DNA from: an uncultured Thermoplasmata archaeon
Lineage (GTDB): Archaea; Thermoplasmatota; DTKX01; GCA-020343715
Direction of reading: 5' to 3'
Assembly: GCA_964353355.1 (NCBI GenBank)
Contig: CAYGVT010000066.1
Span: forward strand, 9,989 to 73,988
Length of the DNA stretch: 64,000 bases
Positions 36,310 through 45,610 of this stretch are shown here, piece by piece. The translations under genes were made by a program, and so were the position numbers. Position 1 is the stretch's first letter. Every line of letters starts with the position of its first letter. The notes below the pieces were generated by a model. The model did not search any database, had not been told where the DNA came from, and was given only the letters and a program-made list of their open reading frames with translations.

Positions 36310-37503
36310 ATGCGCATAGATGCGGATGAGGAGGCCATCCTCGCAGGCGAGGCCGGCGAGGGCCGAAGGTGGGCCATGGAGCTCCTGGTGGCCCTCGGCA
36401 CCATCTTCGGCGCGGAGGACCTCGTCCCCATCGCCTCGGCCCAGCTCGCGGGCGTGTCCTACAAGACCATGGGCGACTGGGGGCTGCGGTGGCTCCAGGA
36501 CGTGTCGCGCTCGTCCGTCGTGAGCGTGCCCACGTTCCTCAACCCCGCGGGCATGGACCCGCAGAGGTGGGAGCTCATGGGCGTCGAGCGCGAGTTCGCC
36601 GCCAAGCAGCGGTCCATCCTGCGCACCTACAACCGCATGGGCGTCGAGCTCACCTGCACGTGCACTCCCTACCTCATCGGGCACCTGCCGACCTTCGGGG
36701 AGCACCTGGCCTGGAGCGAGAGCTCGGCCGTGTCCTACGCGAACTCCGTGCTGGGCGCGCGCACGAACCGCGAGGGGGGACCAAGCGCGCTCGCGGCCGC
36801 GGTCATCGGCAAGACGCCCCGCTACGGGCTGCACCTGGACCGCAACCGCCGCGCCACCGCCATCGTGCGCATCGAGGCGGGCGGCGCGCCGGTCGACTAC
36901 GGCTCCCTCGGCGTGCACGTGGGCCGCGAGCTGGGGACGTCCGTGCCCTACTTCAGGGGCATCGCGCCCCGGCCGGACGAGATGAAGTCGCTCGGCGCGG
37001 CCATGGCCGCGAGCGGGGCCGTCGCGCTCTACCACGTCGAGGGGACGACCCCGGAGGCCGCGACCGCGCTCGAGGGCACGTCCGGCCTGGAGACCCTCGA
37101 GGTCACGCAGCGGACGCTCTCCGAGGTGCGCGAATCGCTCACCGAGTCCATCCCCGCGCGCGTGGACCTGGTCGCGCTCGGCTGCCCGCACCTGTCGCTG
37201 GAGGAGGTCGAGGAGGTGGCCACGCGGCTGCGAGGCAAGCGGCCCCGCCGCGACGGCCCGCTGCTCTGGGTTTGCACCTCCAAGGAGGTCAAGAAGCGCG
37301 CGCAGGACGCGGTGCGCACCATCGAGCGGTTCGGCCGCGTGCTCACGGACACGTGCATGGTCGTCGCGCCCGTGGAGAAGGTCGCGCGGACGACCGCCAC
37401 GAACTCGGGCAAGGCCGCGTGCTACCTGCCCATGGACGCGTTCTGCTCCCAGCGCGTCGTCTACGGCTCGACCGCGGAGCTCCTGGACCTGGTCGCCGAG
37501 TGA
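36310..37503 (+). CDS. phosphomevalonate dehydratase large subunit (aconitase-X AcnX, DUF521 family)
   Basis: About 398 aa. N-terminal EEAILAGEAGEGRRWAMELLVALG resembles the AcnX catalytic-subunit start. Paired with the DUF126 small subunit downstream. Confidence 0.78.
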   Translation: MRIDADEEAILAGEAGEGRRWAMELLVALGTIFGAEDLVPIASAQLAGVSYKTMGDWGLRWLQDVSRSSVVSVPTFLNPAGMDPQRWELMGVEREFAAKQRSILRTYNRMGVELTCTCTPYLIGHLPTFGEHLAWSESSAVSYANSVLGARTNREGGPSALAAAVIGKTPRYGLHLDRNRRATAIVRIEAGGAPVDYGSLGVHVGRELGTSVPYFRGIAPRPDEMKSLGAAMAASGAVALYHVEGTTPEAATALEGTSGLETLEVTQRTLSEVRESLTESIPARVDLVALGCPHLSLEEVEEVATRLRGKRPRRDGPLLWVCTSKEVKKRAQDAVRTIERFGRVLTDTCMVVAPVEKVARTTATNSGKAACYLPMDAFCSQRVVYGSTAELLDLVAE

Positions 37504-37606
37504 TGCTGGCCACCACGGCAAGCCTTTTATGTGGCCAGCACCCTTAGCGAGGGATGTGAGGCCCACGCAGGGTAGGAAGGGAGTAGTTGGCACGGAGGAG
37601 GTCCGC

Positions 37607-38005
37607 ATGCAGGGCCGGCCCATCTCGCACGGGGTCGGGACCGGCGAGGCCCTCGTGCTCGGGTCGAGCCTCTCCTTCCTCGGCGGCGTCGACCCCAGGA
37701 CGGGGCGGGTCAAGGACCGCGGCACGGGCGCGTTCAACAAGACCGTGCGCGGCCGGGTCCTGGTGTTCCCCACGGGGAAGGGTTCGACCGTGGGCTCCTA
37801 CGTCATCTACGGGCTGCGGGTCAACGGCCGCGCGCCCGCCGCCATAGTCAACCAGACGACCGAGACCATCGTGGCCACGGGCGCCATCCTCGCCAAGATA
37901 CCGCTCGTCGACAACGTGGACATCGGCCGCATCCGCACCGGCGACCGCGTGACCGTCGACGGCGACAGGGGATGTGTCGTGGTCGTGCGCCAGGGGGGAT
38001 TGTGA
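37607..38005 (+). CDS. phosphomevalonate dehydratase small subunit (AcnX small subunit, DUF126 family)
   Basis: 132 aa. GEALVLGSSLSFLGGVDPRTGRV...GRVLVFPTGKGSTVGSYVIYGL...APAAIV has the DUF126 pattern. A GGAGGAGG SD lies 6 nt upstream. Confidence 0.78.
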   Translation: MQGRPISHGVGTGEALVLGSSLSFLGGVDPRTGRVKDRGTGAFNKTVRGRVLVFPTGKGSTVGSYVIYGLRVNGRAPAAIVNQTTETIVATGAILAKIPLVDNVDIGRIRTGDRVTVDGDRGCVVVVRQGGL

Positions 38006-38848
38006 GTGTTCGGCCGTCGTTCGAAGAGGGAGACCGCGGAGCTCAAGGAGAAGTACTCCGAGCTCGAGGGCAAGTACGACGAGCTCTCGACCGACTACAA
38101 GAAGCTCAGGAAGGAGACCGGCGAGGGCACCTCGGTGCGCATCTCCGCCATAGAGGAGGAGATCGAGTCCATGAACACGCGCGTGGAGAAGCTCGCGAAG
38201 GACTCGTACGAGATACACTCCGAGGTGCGGGACATCAAAGAATCCGTGACTGAGATGGGCAAGTCCCTCAAGGAGATCGTCCAGCTCTACAAGGCCATCC
38301 TCACGCGCTACGGCACCCCGCAGATACAGCAGCAGATGCGCGCGCGAGAGCGGAGGGCGGGCGAAACCCCCGGCGACTCGGTCATCCGCGCGCTCAGGGA
38401 CGAGCAGGCACCGCCCCCGACCAGGCGCGAGGCGCCCAGGGCCGCGCCCGCGCAGCAACGAACCGCGGCGGCGCCGGCCGTGACCGCAGCCGAGCCGAGA
38501 CCACCGCCGCCGCCATCGGCCTTGGACGAGCTGCACAGGCTCGAGGCCGAGGACCGCGGGACGGGCCAGCTCGAGGGCGATGCCCTGGCGCGGCGCCTGG
38601 AGGGCAGGGACCCTGGCCGCATGGACCGCGTCGTGCGCCGCGACCTGGAGCGCCCCTCGCCCATAACCGCGGGCGCCGACGAGGGGTTCCTGCGCACGCT
38701 GCCCAGGAAGGACGTGGTCCGCCGCGCGCCTGGCGCGGCGAGCGCGCCAGGGGAGGGCATGCCCGAGGTCGGCGAGGGCTGGGAGGAGTCCCCCGCGCCC
38801 ATGGGGCGGCGGCGACCGCCCCCCGACGGCGATGAGCCCGAGGGATAG
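38006..38848 (+). CDS. coiled-coil protein with Pro-rich disordered C-terminal half
   Basis: The GTG start follows the upstream stop directly. Heptad-rich N-terminal 110 aa (KEKYSELEGKYDELSTDYKKLRKE...). Confidence 0.5.
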   Translation: MFGRRSKRETAELKEKYSELEGKYDELSTDYKKLRKETGEGTSVRISAIEEEIESMNTRVEKLAKDSYEIHSEVRDIKESVTEMGKSLKEIVQLYKAILTRYGTPQIQQQMRARERRAGETPGDSVIRALRDEQAPPPTRREAPRAAPAQQRTAAAPAVTAAEPRPPPPPSALDELHRLEAEDRGTGQLEGDALARRLEGRDPGRMDRVVRRDLERPSPITAGADEGFLRTLPRKDVVRRAPGAASAPGEGMPEVGEGWEESPAPMGRRRPPPDGDEPEG

Positions 38849-38922
38849 GGGGCCTGTCCACGACCCTTTACGCCACCCACGTCGTCACGTGCTTCATCCG
38901 CCGCGCCGACGCGCGCGTCCTG

Positions 38923-39291
38923 GTGCTCAGGCGGTCCCAGCTGGTGGGGACCCACAAGGGCCTGTGGGCGGGCGTGTCAGGCTACATCGAGCCCAACGCG
39001 ATCCCCCTCGTCACCGCCTACAACGAGCTGCGGGAGGAGGTCGGGGCGCGCTACGAGCAGCTCAAGCTCGTGCGCGAGGCCACTCCGCTCCTGCTCGACG
39101 ACCCGTTCACCGGCAAGCGGTGGGCGGTCCATCCGTTCCTCTTCGATGACCAGGGCGTGCAGCTCACGCTCGACTGGGAGCACGTCGAGTCGCGGTGGGT
39201 CATGCCGGAGGAGCTTGCCGCCCTCGAGACCGTGCCTGGCCTGAGGGAGACGCTGGATGCGGCCCTCGGGCTGGGGGGCGGGCCTTCCTAG
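38923..39291 (+). CDS. NUDIX hydrolase (N-terminus unresolved)
   Basis: Nudix box GLWAGVSGYIEPNAIPLVTAYNELREEVG (GX5EX7REUXEEXGU pattern). The in-frame upstream extension to 38836 encodes a plausible beta-strand but has no ATG or GTG. Confidence 0.55.
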   Translation: MLRRSQLVGTHKGLWAGVSGYIEPNAIPLVTAYNELREEVGARYEQLKLVREATPLLLDDPFTGKRWAVHPFLFDDQGVQLTLDWEHVESRWVMPEELAALETVPGLRETLDAALGLGGGPS

Positions 39292-39338
39292 AGAAGGAGC
39301 GGTGCTGAGGGGCGTCGGACGGATCGACGCGGGCGTGC

Positions 39339-39437
39339 TCAATCGAGCACGTACATGCCCGTGTACTCCATGTGACCCTCGACCAGCTTGACGATCTCGC
39401 CATCGGGGGCGACCGTGTAGTTCTCGCCTGTGGTCAT
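39339..39437 (-). CDS. candidate small ORF (32 aa, MTTGENYTVAPDGEIVKLVEGHMEYTGMYVLD)
   Basis: ATG preceded by a GAGGTG SD-like element at 8 nt and a TATA box (TTTATATG) about 45 nt upstream. GC3 about 84%. Confidence 0.3.
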   Translation of the reverse strand: MTTGENYTVAPDGEIVKLVEGHMEYTGMYVLD

Positions 39438-39475
39438 CGCGCGCACCTCTTGCCTGCATCAGCTACTGTGCGGTT

Positions 39476-39488
39476 GGCATATAAATGG
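39476..39488 (-). promoter_or_regulatory. TATA box (minus-strand TTTATATGCC) in a 190-bp divergent intergenic region
   Basis: AT-rich element positioned to drive the small minus-strand ORF. Further AT-rich patches at 39541-39548 and 39589-39600 may serve the plus-strand MTAP gene. Confidence 0.4.
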
Positions 39489-39626
39489 CCACACTCCGAT
39501 TTTCAAGGGTGCATATCACGAGGCCTCCGAAGGGGGCCTTAAATATGGGCCGCGGGGGCAAGGAGGGGCGCAAAAGATTAAGGGGAGGGAAGTCAGAATA
39601 GCGTAGGCCGCAGGGGAGAGCGCACC

Positions 39627-40385
39627 GTGCTTGGGATAATTGCGGGCTCGAAGGTCGCGGACCTGTTCACGGACCTCAATGACCGTGAGGACCGCATGGT
39701 CGCCACTCCCTACGGGGCGGTGACGGTCACGCTCGGCGTCCTCCACGGCGCCGAGATCGCCTTCATGCCAAGGCACGGGCACACCCGCGTGCCCCCGCAC
39801 CGGGTGCCCTACCTCACCAACATGTGGGCGCTCAAGGAGGTGGGCGTCGAGAAGGTCATCGCGACCTCCGCGGTCAGGTCGCTCTCGGACCAGGCCCCGC
39901 CCGGCACGCTCGCGCTCCCCATGGACTTCGTCGACATGTCGGGGCGCAACCTCACGTTCTTCGGCGGGGCGAGGGAGGGCGTCTACTTCGCAGACATGTC
40001 CGAGCCGTTCTGCCCGCACATACGCGAGGCCATCGACCACGTCGCGCGGTCGCTGGGGACGCCATTGCGCCGGGAAGTGACGGTGCTGTGCCTCAACGGC
40101 CCAGCGGGCGAGACCCCCGGCGAGGCGGCCTGGTACCGCACCATCGGCGCGGACGTGCTCTCGATGACGGTGGCGACGGAGGCCAAGCTCGCGCGCGAGC
40201 GGGGCATGTGCTACCAGCCCATCCTGATCCCCTACAACTGGGCGAGCGGGCAGAACCACGCCATCGAGGAGGCTAAGATCGTCGAGATGGTCCGCCGCAT
40301 GAAGGGCTTCCTCATCGACCTGATCGCGGCGCTCCCGCCCTACCTCGACTGGCAGGAGTGCGACAACTGCGACCAGGAGATGTGA
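39627..40385 (+). CDS. S-methyl-5'-thioadenosine phosphorylase / purine nucleoside phosphorylase family
   Basis: PNP_UDP_1 family motifs LGIIAGSK, FMPRHGHTRVPPHRVPY and GPAGETPGEAAWYRTIGADVLSMT. GTG start. Confidence 0.82.
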   Translation: MLGIIAGSKVADLFTDLNDREDRMVATPYGAVTVTLGVLHGAEIAFMPRHGHTRVPPHRVPYLTNMWALKEVGVEKVIATSAVRSLSDQAPPGTLALPMDFVDMSGRNLTFFGGAREGVYFADMSEPFCPHIREAIDHVARSLGTPLRREVTVLCLNGPAGETPGEAAWYRTIGADVLSMTVATEAKLARERGMCYQPILIPYNWASGQNHAIEEAKIVEMVRRMKGFLIDLIAALPPYLDWQECDNCDQEM

Positions 40386-40431
40386 GCGCCAGCCCCCGCC
40401 CCCCTCCGGCCCTTGTGCTCCCGACGGCGAG

Positions 40432-40851
40432 CTACTTCCCCAGCTCCTTGAGCTTCGCGTCCATTATTGGGACGTAGTCGCCGACCGCGAGCATCCGGCC
40501 GAACTCTGACGGGTCGGCCGGCCTGACCTTGATGACCCAGCCCTTGCCGTAGGGGTCCTCGTTGATGACGAGCGCGTCGTCCTCGACGGATTCGTTGTAG
40601 GCCTCGACCGTGCCGGACACGGGCGCGTAGAGCTTGCCGACCCACTTTCCGGTCTCGATGGTGCCGAAGGGCTTGTCCTTGGTGACGGCGTCGCCCTCCA
40701 TGGGCATGTCCACGTAGACGATGTCGCCCGCGAGCCTCTGGGCGAAGTCGGTCACGCCGACGACGACCAGCTCGCCCTCCATCCGGGCCCACATGTGCTC
40801 CTTGTGGTAGCGGACGTCCTCGGCCAGCTTGTATCCCTTGTGCTCCATGCG
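40432..40851 (-). CDS. glycine-cleavage-H-like lipoyl-carrier protein (second copy; LbpA-like position next to the hdr cluster)
   Basis: 139 aa. GVTDFAQRLAGDIVYVDMP...FGTIETGKWVGKLYAPVSGTVEAYNESV aligns with the GcvH lipoyl-lysine region (ESVKAASDIYAPVSGE). Confidence 0.72.
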   Translation of the reverse strand, partial: RMEHKGYKLAEDVRYHKEHMWARMEGELVVVGVTDFAQRLAGDIVYVDMPMEGDAVTKDKPFGTIETGKWVGKLYAPVSGTVEAYNESVEDDALVINEDPYGKGWVIKVRPADPSEFGRMLAVGDYVPIMDAKLKELGK

Positions 40852-41124
40852 CCTTCCTCCGGTGTGCGCCCAGGGATGGTGGCGATGGGAATTAAATTTT
40901 CGGGATGAGTGGACCACCGGTGCGTCCGGTCCGCTCGGAGCCCTCGCGCGCCCGCCCTCACCACCGCCCCCACCCGCAGCACGTTGCGCTGCCACGGTCG
41001 GCGTTGGTCCGCCGCGGGCGCCAGCATTCCAGGGATTATAAAGCAGCCCGCCAATCATTATTTATACCGACGGCCAGATTCCACCAGGCCAGCGCAGCCT
41101 CTCCTGGCTCCGGAGGACCGATAC

Positions 41125-41715
41125 ATGGCAGAAGGACCCCCCGGGGATTACCCCCTCGTCACGGACGCCGAGACCGACCCTGGCTTCGCCGACCGCATCA
41201 GGGCGACGCCTGGAGGCGAGGGCATCCTGCGGTGCTACGCGTGCGGCACCTGCTCCGCGAGCTGCCCCATCCGCGCCATCGACGAGGAGTTCAACCCCAG
41301 GCGCATCATCCGCCTGGCCCTGCTCGGGCTCAGAGACGAGGTCCTGCGGTCGCAGTTCATATGGCTGTGCACCGGCTGCTTCATCTGCCAGGAGCGGTGC
41401 CCCCAGGACGTGCGCATCACGGACCTCATGATGGCGCTGCGCAACATCGCCACCGAGGAGGGATGGCCGCACCCGACCGTGCAGGCCATCGCCGAGATGC
41501 TCGAGGCGCACGGGGCCGTGCTCGAGACGGGAGATTTCGAGAACGAGAGGCGCGCCAAGGCCGGCCTTCCGCCGAGGCGCCCGCCGGCGCAGCCCGTCCG
41601 CGACATCATCGAGGGCACCGGCCTCGCCGCCAGGCTCAAGGAGGCCAAGGCCAGGGCGGCGAAGGCGCAATCCGACGACGCGCTGGCGGCCAAGGCAGGC
41701 GGAGGTGGGGCGTGA
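41125..41715 (+). CDS. hdrC: heterodisulfide reductase subunit C-like (two [4Fe-4S] ferredoxin motifs)
   Basis: CYACGTCSASCP and CTGCFICQERCP. The stop overlaps the hdrB start (TGATG). Confidence 0.82.
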   Translation: MAEGPPGDYPLVTDAETDPGFADRIRATPGGEGILRCYACGTCSASCPIRAIDEEFNPRRIIRLALLGLRDEVLRSQFIWLCTGCFICQERCPQDVRITDLMMALRNIATEEGWPHPTVQAIAEMLEAHGAVLETGDFENERRAKAGLPPRRPPAQPVRDIIEGTGLAARLKEAKARAAKAQSDDALAAKAGGGGA

Positions 41716-42617
41716 TGGCACAGGGACGGTCGTACGCGCTCTTCCTCGGCTGCAACGCCCCGGTCCGCACCCTCAACTACGACATGGCCACCCGCGCAGT
41801 GCTCACGGGGCTCGGCGTGCGCTTCGTGGACCTCGACGGCTTCGCGTGCTGCGGCTACCCCCTCGAGGCCGCCGACCACCTCACGGCCGTCACGATGGCC
41901 GCGCGCAACATCGCGCTCGCGGAGGCCCAGGGGCTGGACGTGCTCGCCATCTGCTCCGCGTGCTCGGGCACGCTCATCCGCGCGCGCCACGAGCTGCTGC
42001 ACGACGAGAGCCTCAGGAAGGATGTCAACGCGCGCCTGCGCAAGGAGCACATCGAGTTCCGCGGCACGGCCAAGGTCGAGCACCTGCTGAGGTTCCTGCA
42101 CGAGGGGGTCGGTATCGAGCGTCTGCGCTCGCACATCACGCGCCCGCTCACCGGATGGCGCGTGGCCGTGCACTACGGCTGCCACTACCTCAAGCCCTCC
42201 GAGGTCGTCGGGGGCGAGGACGACCCCGAGGTGCCGCACACCGTCGACGAGCTCGTCGCGGTCACGGGCGCGACCTCTGTGCCCTACGCCGAGCGCCAGC
42301 TCTGCTGCGGCGGCGGCGTGCTCGGCTACCGCGAGGCCGACTCGCACAAGCTCATCGCCAAGAAGCTCGACTCCGTCGTCGCCGCGGGCGCGGACGCGCT
42401 CGAGGTGCACTGCGCCTTCTGCGCCGTGATGTACGACGGCAACCAGAAGGCGGCCGAGCGCGCCGCGGGCAAGGCCTGGAACGTGCCGGTCCTGGTCTAC
42501 CCCCAGCTCCTGGGCCTCGCGATGGGCATCGGCCCGGAGGAGCTGGGCTTCAGGCACAACCGCGTGAGGGCCCGGGAGCTGCTCGCTCGCCTCGAGGGGG
42601 TGAGCGCGGCGCGATGA
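41715..42617 (+). CDS. hdrB: heterodisulfide reductase subunit B-like (CCG domains)
   Basis: Two CCG cysteine-rich motifs (GFACCGYPLE, QLCCGGGVLG) plus CSACSG and HCAFCA. 301 aa. Confidence 0.88.
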   Translation: MAQGRSYALFLGCNAPVRTLNYDMATRAVLTGLGVRFVDLDGFACCGYPLEAADHLTAVTMAARNIALAEAQGLDVLAICSACSGTLIRARHELLHDESLRKDVNARLRKEHIEFRGTAKVEHLLRFLHEGVGIERLRSHITRPLTGWRVAVHYGCHYLKPSEVVGGEDDPEVPHTVDELVAVTGATSVPYAERQLCCGGGVLGYREADSHKLIAKKLDSVVAAGADALEVHCAFCAVMYDGNQKAAERAAGKAWNVPVLVYPQLLGLAMGIGPEELGFRHNRVRARELLARLEGVSAAR

Positions 42618-45610
42618 CGCGCGCCGCGCTGGTCCTGGGCGGCGGCGTCGCGGGGGTCCAGGCGGCCCTCGACCTCGCCGACGCGGGCTACTTGGTCCAT
42701 CTGGTCGAGCGCTCGCCCTCCCTCGGCGGCAACATGATCCGCCTCGACAAGACGTTCCCCACGAACGACTGCTCCGCGTGCATCCTCTCGCCAAGGCTCG
42801 TGGAGGCGGGGCGCCATCCGCGCATCCACCTCCTCACCAGCTCGGACCTCGTGTCGCTGGAGGGCGAGGCGGGCGCGTTCACCGCCAGGGTCGTCGAGCG
42901 GCCCCGCTACGTTGACATGGCGGCGTGCGTGGGCTGCGGCGCGTGCTCCGAGGTCTGCCCCGTCAAGGTCCCGAGCGAGTTCGACCTGGGGCTCAGCAAG
43001 CGCAAGGCCATCTACATCCCGTTCCCGCAGGCGGTGCCCCTCAAGTACGTCATCGACCCCGCGCACTGCCTCAAGCTCACCAAGGACAGGTGCGGCCTGT
43101 GCGCGCGCACATGCCAGGCGGGCGCGGTCGACTACGACGCCAAGCCCGTGGAGCACGTGCTCGACGTGGGCGCGGTCGTGGTCGCGACGGGCTTCCAGCA
43201 GCTCGACGCGTCCCGCCGACCCGAGCTCGGCCACGGCCGCCTCAGGGACGTCGTCACGGGCCTCGAGCTCGAGCGCATGCTCTCGGCCTCCGGCCCCACC
43301 GGCGGCAAGGTCCTGCGGCCGTCGGACGGCAATGTGCCGGGGCGCGTGGCGTTCGTGCACTGCGCCCTCTCGCGCGACGTGCGCCGGGGCGTCGCGCACT
43401 GCTCGCGCGTGTGCTGCATGTACCTCGTGAAGGAGGCGATGGTGCTGCGCGAGCACCACCCGGGCGCGGAGGCGACGCTGCTGCACATGGACCTGCGCGC
43501 CTTCGGCAAGGGCTACGACGCCTACGTCGACCGCGCGGGGGCGTCCGGCATCAGTTTCGTGCGCGGCCGCGCGACCGAGGTCCAGGAGGACGGGCGGGGA
43601 GGGCTCGTCGTGCTCGCCGAGGACGAGGAGGGCCGGCCCGTGCGCGTGGGCGCGGACCTCGTCGTGCTCGGCACGGCCATCGTGCCTGCGGAGGGCGCGT
43701 CCGCGCTCGCGGGCGCGCTCGGCCTCGGGCTCGACGCCGCGCTCTTCCTCGCCACCGACCCGGACGACCCCGCGCAGCTGCGCACGACGCGGCCCGGCGT
43801 CCTCGTCGCTGGCTGCGCATCCGGCCCCAGGGACGTGCCGGACAGCGTCGCCCAGGGCTCCGCGGCCGCAGCGGCCGCGGCCACGCTCCTGCGCGACCAT
43901 CGCATGCCGGTCCCCCCGCCCGAGGTGCCCGTGACCGACCCCGCCGCCGAGCCCCGCGTCGGCGTCTTCGTCTGCCACTGCGGCTCCAACATCGCGGGCG
44001 TGGTCGACACCCGCGCCGTCGCGGAGGCGGCGCGCGCGCTCCCCGGCGTGGTCCATGCGGAGGAGAACGTCTACACCTGCTCCCAGGACGCGCAGGTCGG
44101 CATGGCGCGCACCATCCACGGGCTTGGGCTCAACCGCGTCGTGGTCGCGGCGTGCTCGCCGACGACGCACGAGCCGCTGTTCCGCTCGACGCTGGTCGCG
44201 GCGGGCCTCGACCCGCACCTGCTGGACATGGCGAACATCCGCAACCAGTGCTCATGGGCGCATGCGGGGGAGCCCGCGGCCGCGACCGCGAAATCCGTCG
44301 ACCTCGTGCGCGCGTCCGTCGCGAGGGCGCGCGCCCTCGAGCCACTCGGCAGCGGCGTCGCCGAGGTGACTCCCAGGGCCCTCGTCGTCGGTGGCGGCGT
44401 GGCGGGCATGGCCTCGGCCCTCGCGCTCGCGCCCCACGTGGAGGTCACACTGGTGGAGCGGGCGGACCGCCTCGGCGGCACGGCCCGGCGCCTTTCCACG
44501 ACATTCCCCGACGGGGAGGCGGGCGCCGACATCGTAGGACGCCTCGAGCGCGCCGTCCGGGCCGCGGGCGTCCGTGTGCTCCTGGGGGCCAGCGTCGAGT
44601 CCGTGGGCGGTCACGTGGGCAGCTTCGCCTACAGGCTTGCGACCGCCGAAGGGCCCGTGGAGGGCAGCGCGGGCGCCATCGTCATGGCAGTGGGCGCGAC
44701 GCCCTACGAGCCCGCCAAGGGCGAGCACGGCCGCGGGCACCCGGCGGTCGTGACCAGCCTCGAGCTCGAGGAGGAGCTGCAAGAGAAACCGGAGGGTCGG
44801 TCGTACGCGTTCATCCAGTGCGTCGGCTCCCGCGCCGACGGCCGCGGCTGCTCCCGCTACTGCTGCCAGGCCACGCTGCAGCAGGCGCGCGAGCTCGCGG
44901 AGGCGGGCAACCGCGTCGTGGTGCTGCACCGCGACGTGCGCGCCTACGCCGCGCGGGGCGAGGAGGCCTACCGCGCCGCGCGCGAGGCGGGCGTGCTGTT
45001 CGCGCGCTACGTGCCGGACCGCCCACCAGCGGTCAGCGACGCGCTCTGGGGCAAGGCCCTGGTGCGGTGGCGCGACCCCGTCGCGCTCCGCACCGTGGAG
45101 CGCCGCGTCGACCGCGTCGTGCTCGCGGTCGGATTGCGCCCACCCGAGGGGCTCGCGGAGCTCAGGGCGATGCTGAAGCTCCCCGGCGACCCCGAGGGCT
45201 TCCTGCTAGAGCGGCACCCCAAGCTCGGGCCCGTCGAGACCAACACCGAGGGCGTCTACCTCGCGGGCGCGTGCCAGTACCCCATGTCCATCCCGGAGGC
45301 CGCGGCCGCGGGCGCGGCGGCGGCCATGAAGGCGCTTGGCCCGCTCGGCCGCGGTTGGGTCCCGACCGAGGCCGGCACCGCCGAGGTCGACCGCGACGGA
45401 TGCATCGGCTGCTCGCTTTGCGTGAGGCTGTGCCCATACGGCGCCATCTCCAAGGACGCCGAGAACCGCGCGGCGGTCGCATCGGCGCTCTGCAAGGCGT
45501 GCGGCCTGTGCGCGGCCTCGTGCCCCGTGCGCGCCATCTCCGTGCGCCACTTCCGCGACGGCCAGCTCGTCGCCCAGGTGCGCGCCCTCGCGGGGGGTGA
45601 CGCGCCGTGA
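42614..45610 (+). CDS. hdrA: HdrA-like flavoprotein, tandem double unit (998 aa): FAD domain with inserted ferredoxin, then the HdrA N-domain, a second FAD domain and a C-terminal 2x[4Fe-4S] ferredoxin
   Basis: Two Rossmann motifs (LVLGGGVAGVQAALDLA at aa 6, ALVVGGGVAGMASALALA at about aa 600). LDKTFPTNDCSAC. Inserted Fd CVGCGACSEVCP/CGLCARTCQ. Internal N-domain VGVFVCHCGSNIAGVVD. C-terminal CIGCSLCVRLCP/CKACGLCAASCP. Start overlaps the hdrB stop (ATGA). Confidence 0.88.
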   Translation: MTRAALVLGGGVAGVQAALDLADAGYLVHLVERSPSLGGNMIRLDKTFPTNDCSACILSPRLVEAGRHPRIHLLTSSDLVSLEGEAGAFTARVVERPRYVDMAACVGCGACSEVCPVKVPSEFDLGLSKRKAIYIPFPQAVPLKYVIDPAHCLKLTKDRCGLCARTCQAGAVDYDAKPVEHVLDVGAVVVATGFQQLDASRRPELGHGRLRDVVTGLELERMLSASGPTGGKVLRPSDGNVPGRVAFVHCALSRDVRRGVAHCSRVCCMYLVKEAMVLREHHPGAEATLLHMDLRAFGKGYDAYVDRAGASGISFVRGRATEVQEDGRGGLVVLAEDEEGRPVRVGADLVVLGTAIVPAEGASALAGALGLGLDAALFLATDPDDPAQLRTTRPGVLVAGCASGPRDVPDSVAQGSAAAAAAATLLRDHRMPVPPPEVPVTDPAAEPRVGVFVCHCGSNIAGVVDTRAVAEAARALPGVVHAEENVYTCSQDAQVGMARTIHGLGLNRVVVAACSPTTHEPLFRSTLVAAGLDPHLLDMANIRNQCSWAHAGEPAAATAKSVDLVRASVARARALEPLGSGVAEVTPRALVVGGGVAGMASALALAPHVEVTLVERADRLGGTARRLSTTFPDGEAGADIVGRLERAVRAAGVRVLLGASVESVGGHVGSFAYRLATAEGPVEGSAGAIVMAVGATPYEPAKGEHGRGHPAVVTSLELEEELQEKPEGRSYAFIQCVGSRADGRGCSRYCCQATLQQARELAEAGNRVVVLHRDVRAYAARGEEAYRAAREAGVLFARYVPDRPPAVSDALWGKALVRWRDPVALRTVERRVDRVVLAVGLRPPEGLAELRAMLKLPGDPEGFLLERHPKLGPVETNTEGVYLAGACQYPMSIPEAAAAGAAAAMKALGPLGRGWVPTEAGTAEVDRDGCIGCSLCVRLCPYGAISKDAENRAAVASALCKACGLCAASCPVRAISVRHFRDGQLVAQVRALAGGDAP

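Noticed and set aside
40905-42617. Single 570-aa ORF in the track apparently fusing HdrC and HdrB.
   Set aside because: HdrC ends with a TGA at 41713-41715 in its own frame (start ATG 41125). The 40905 ORF is the HdrB frame read through an upstream open stretch; the real HdrB starts at ATG 41715.
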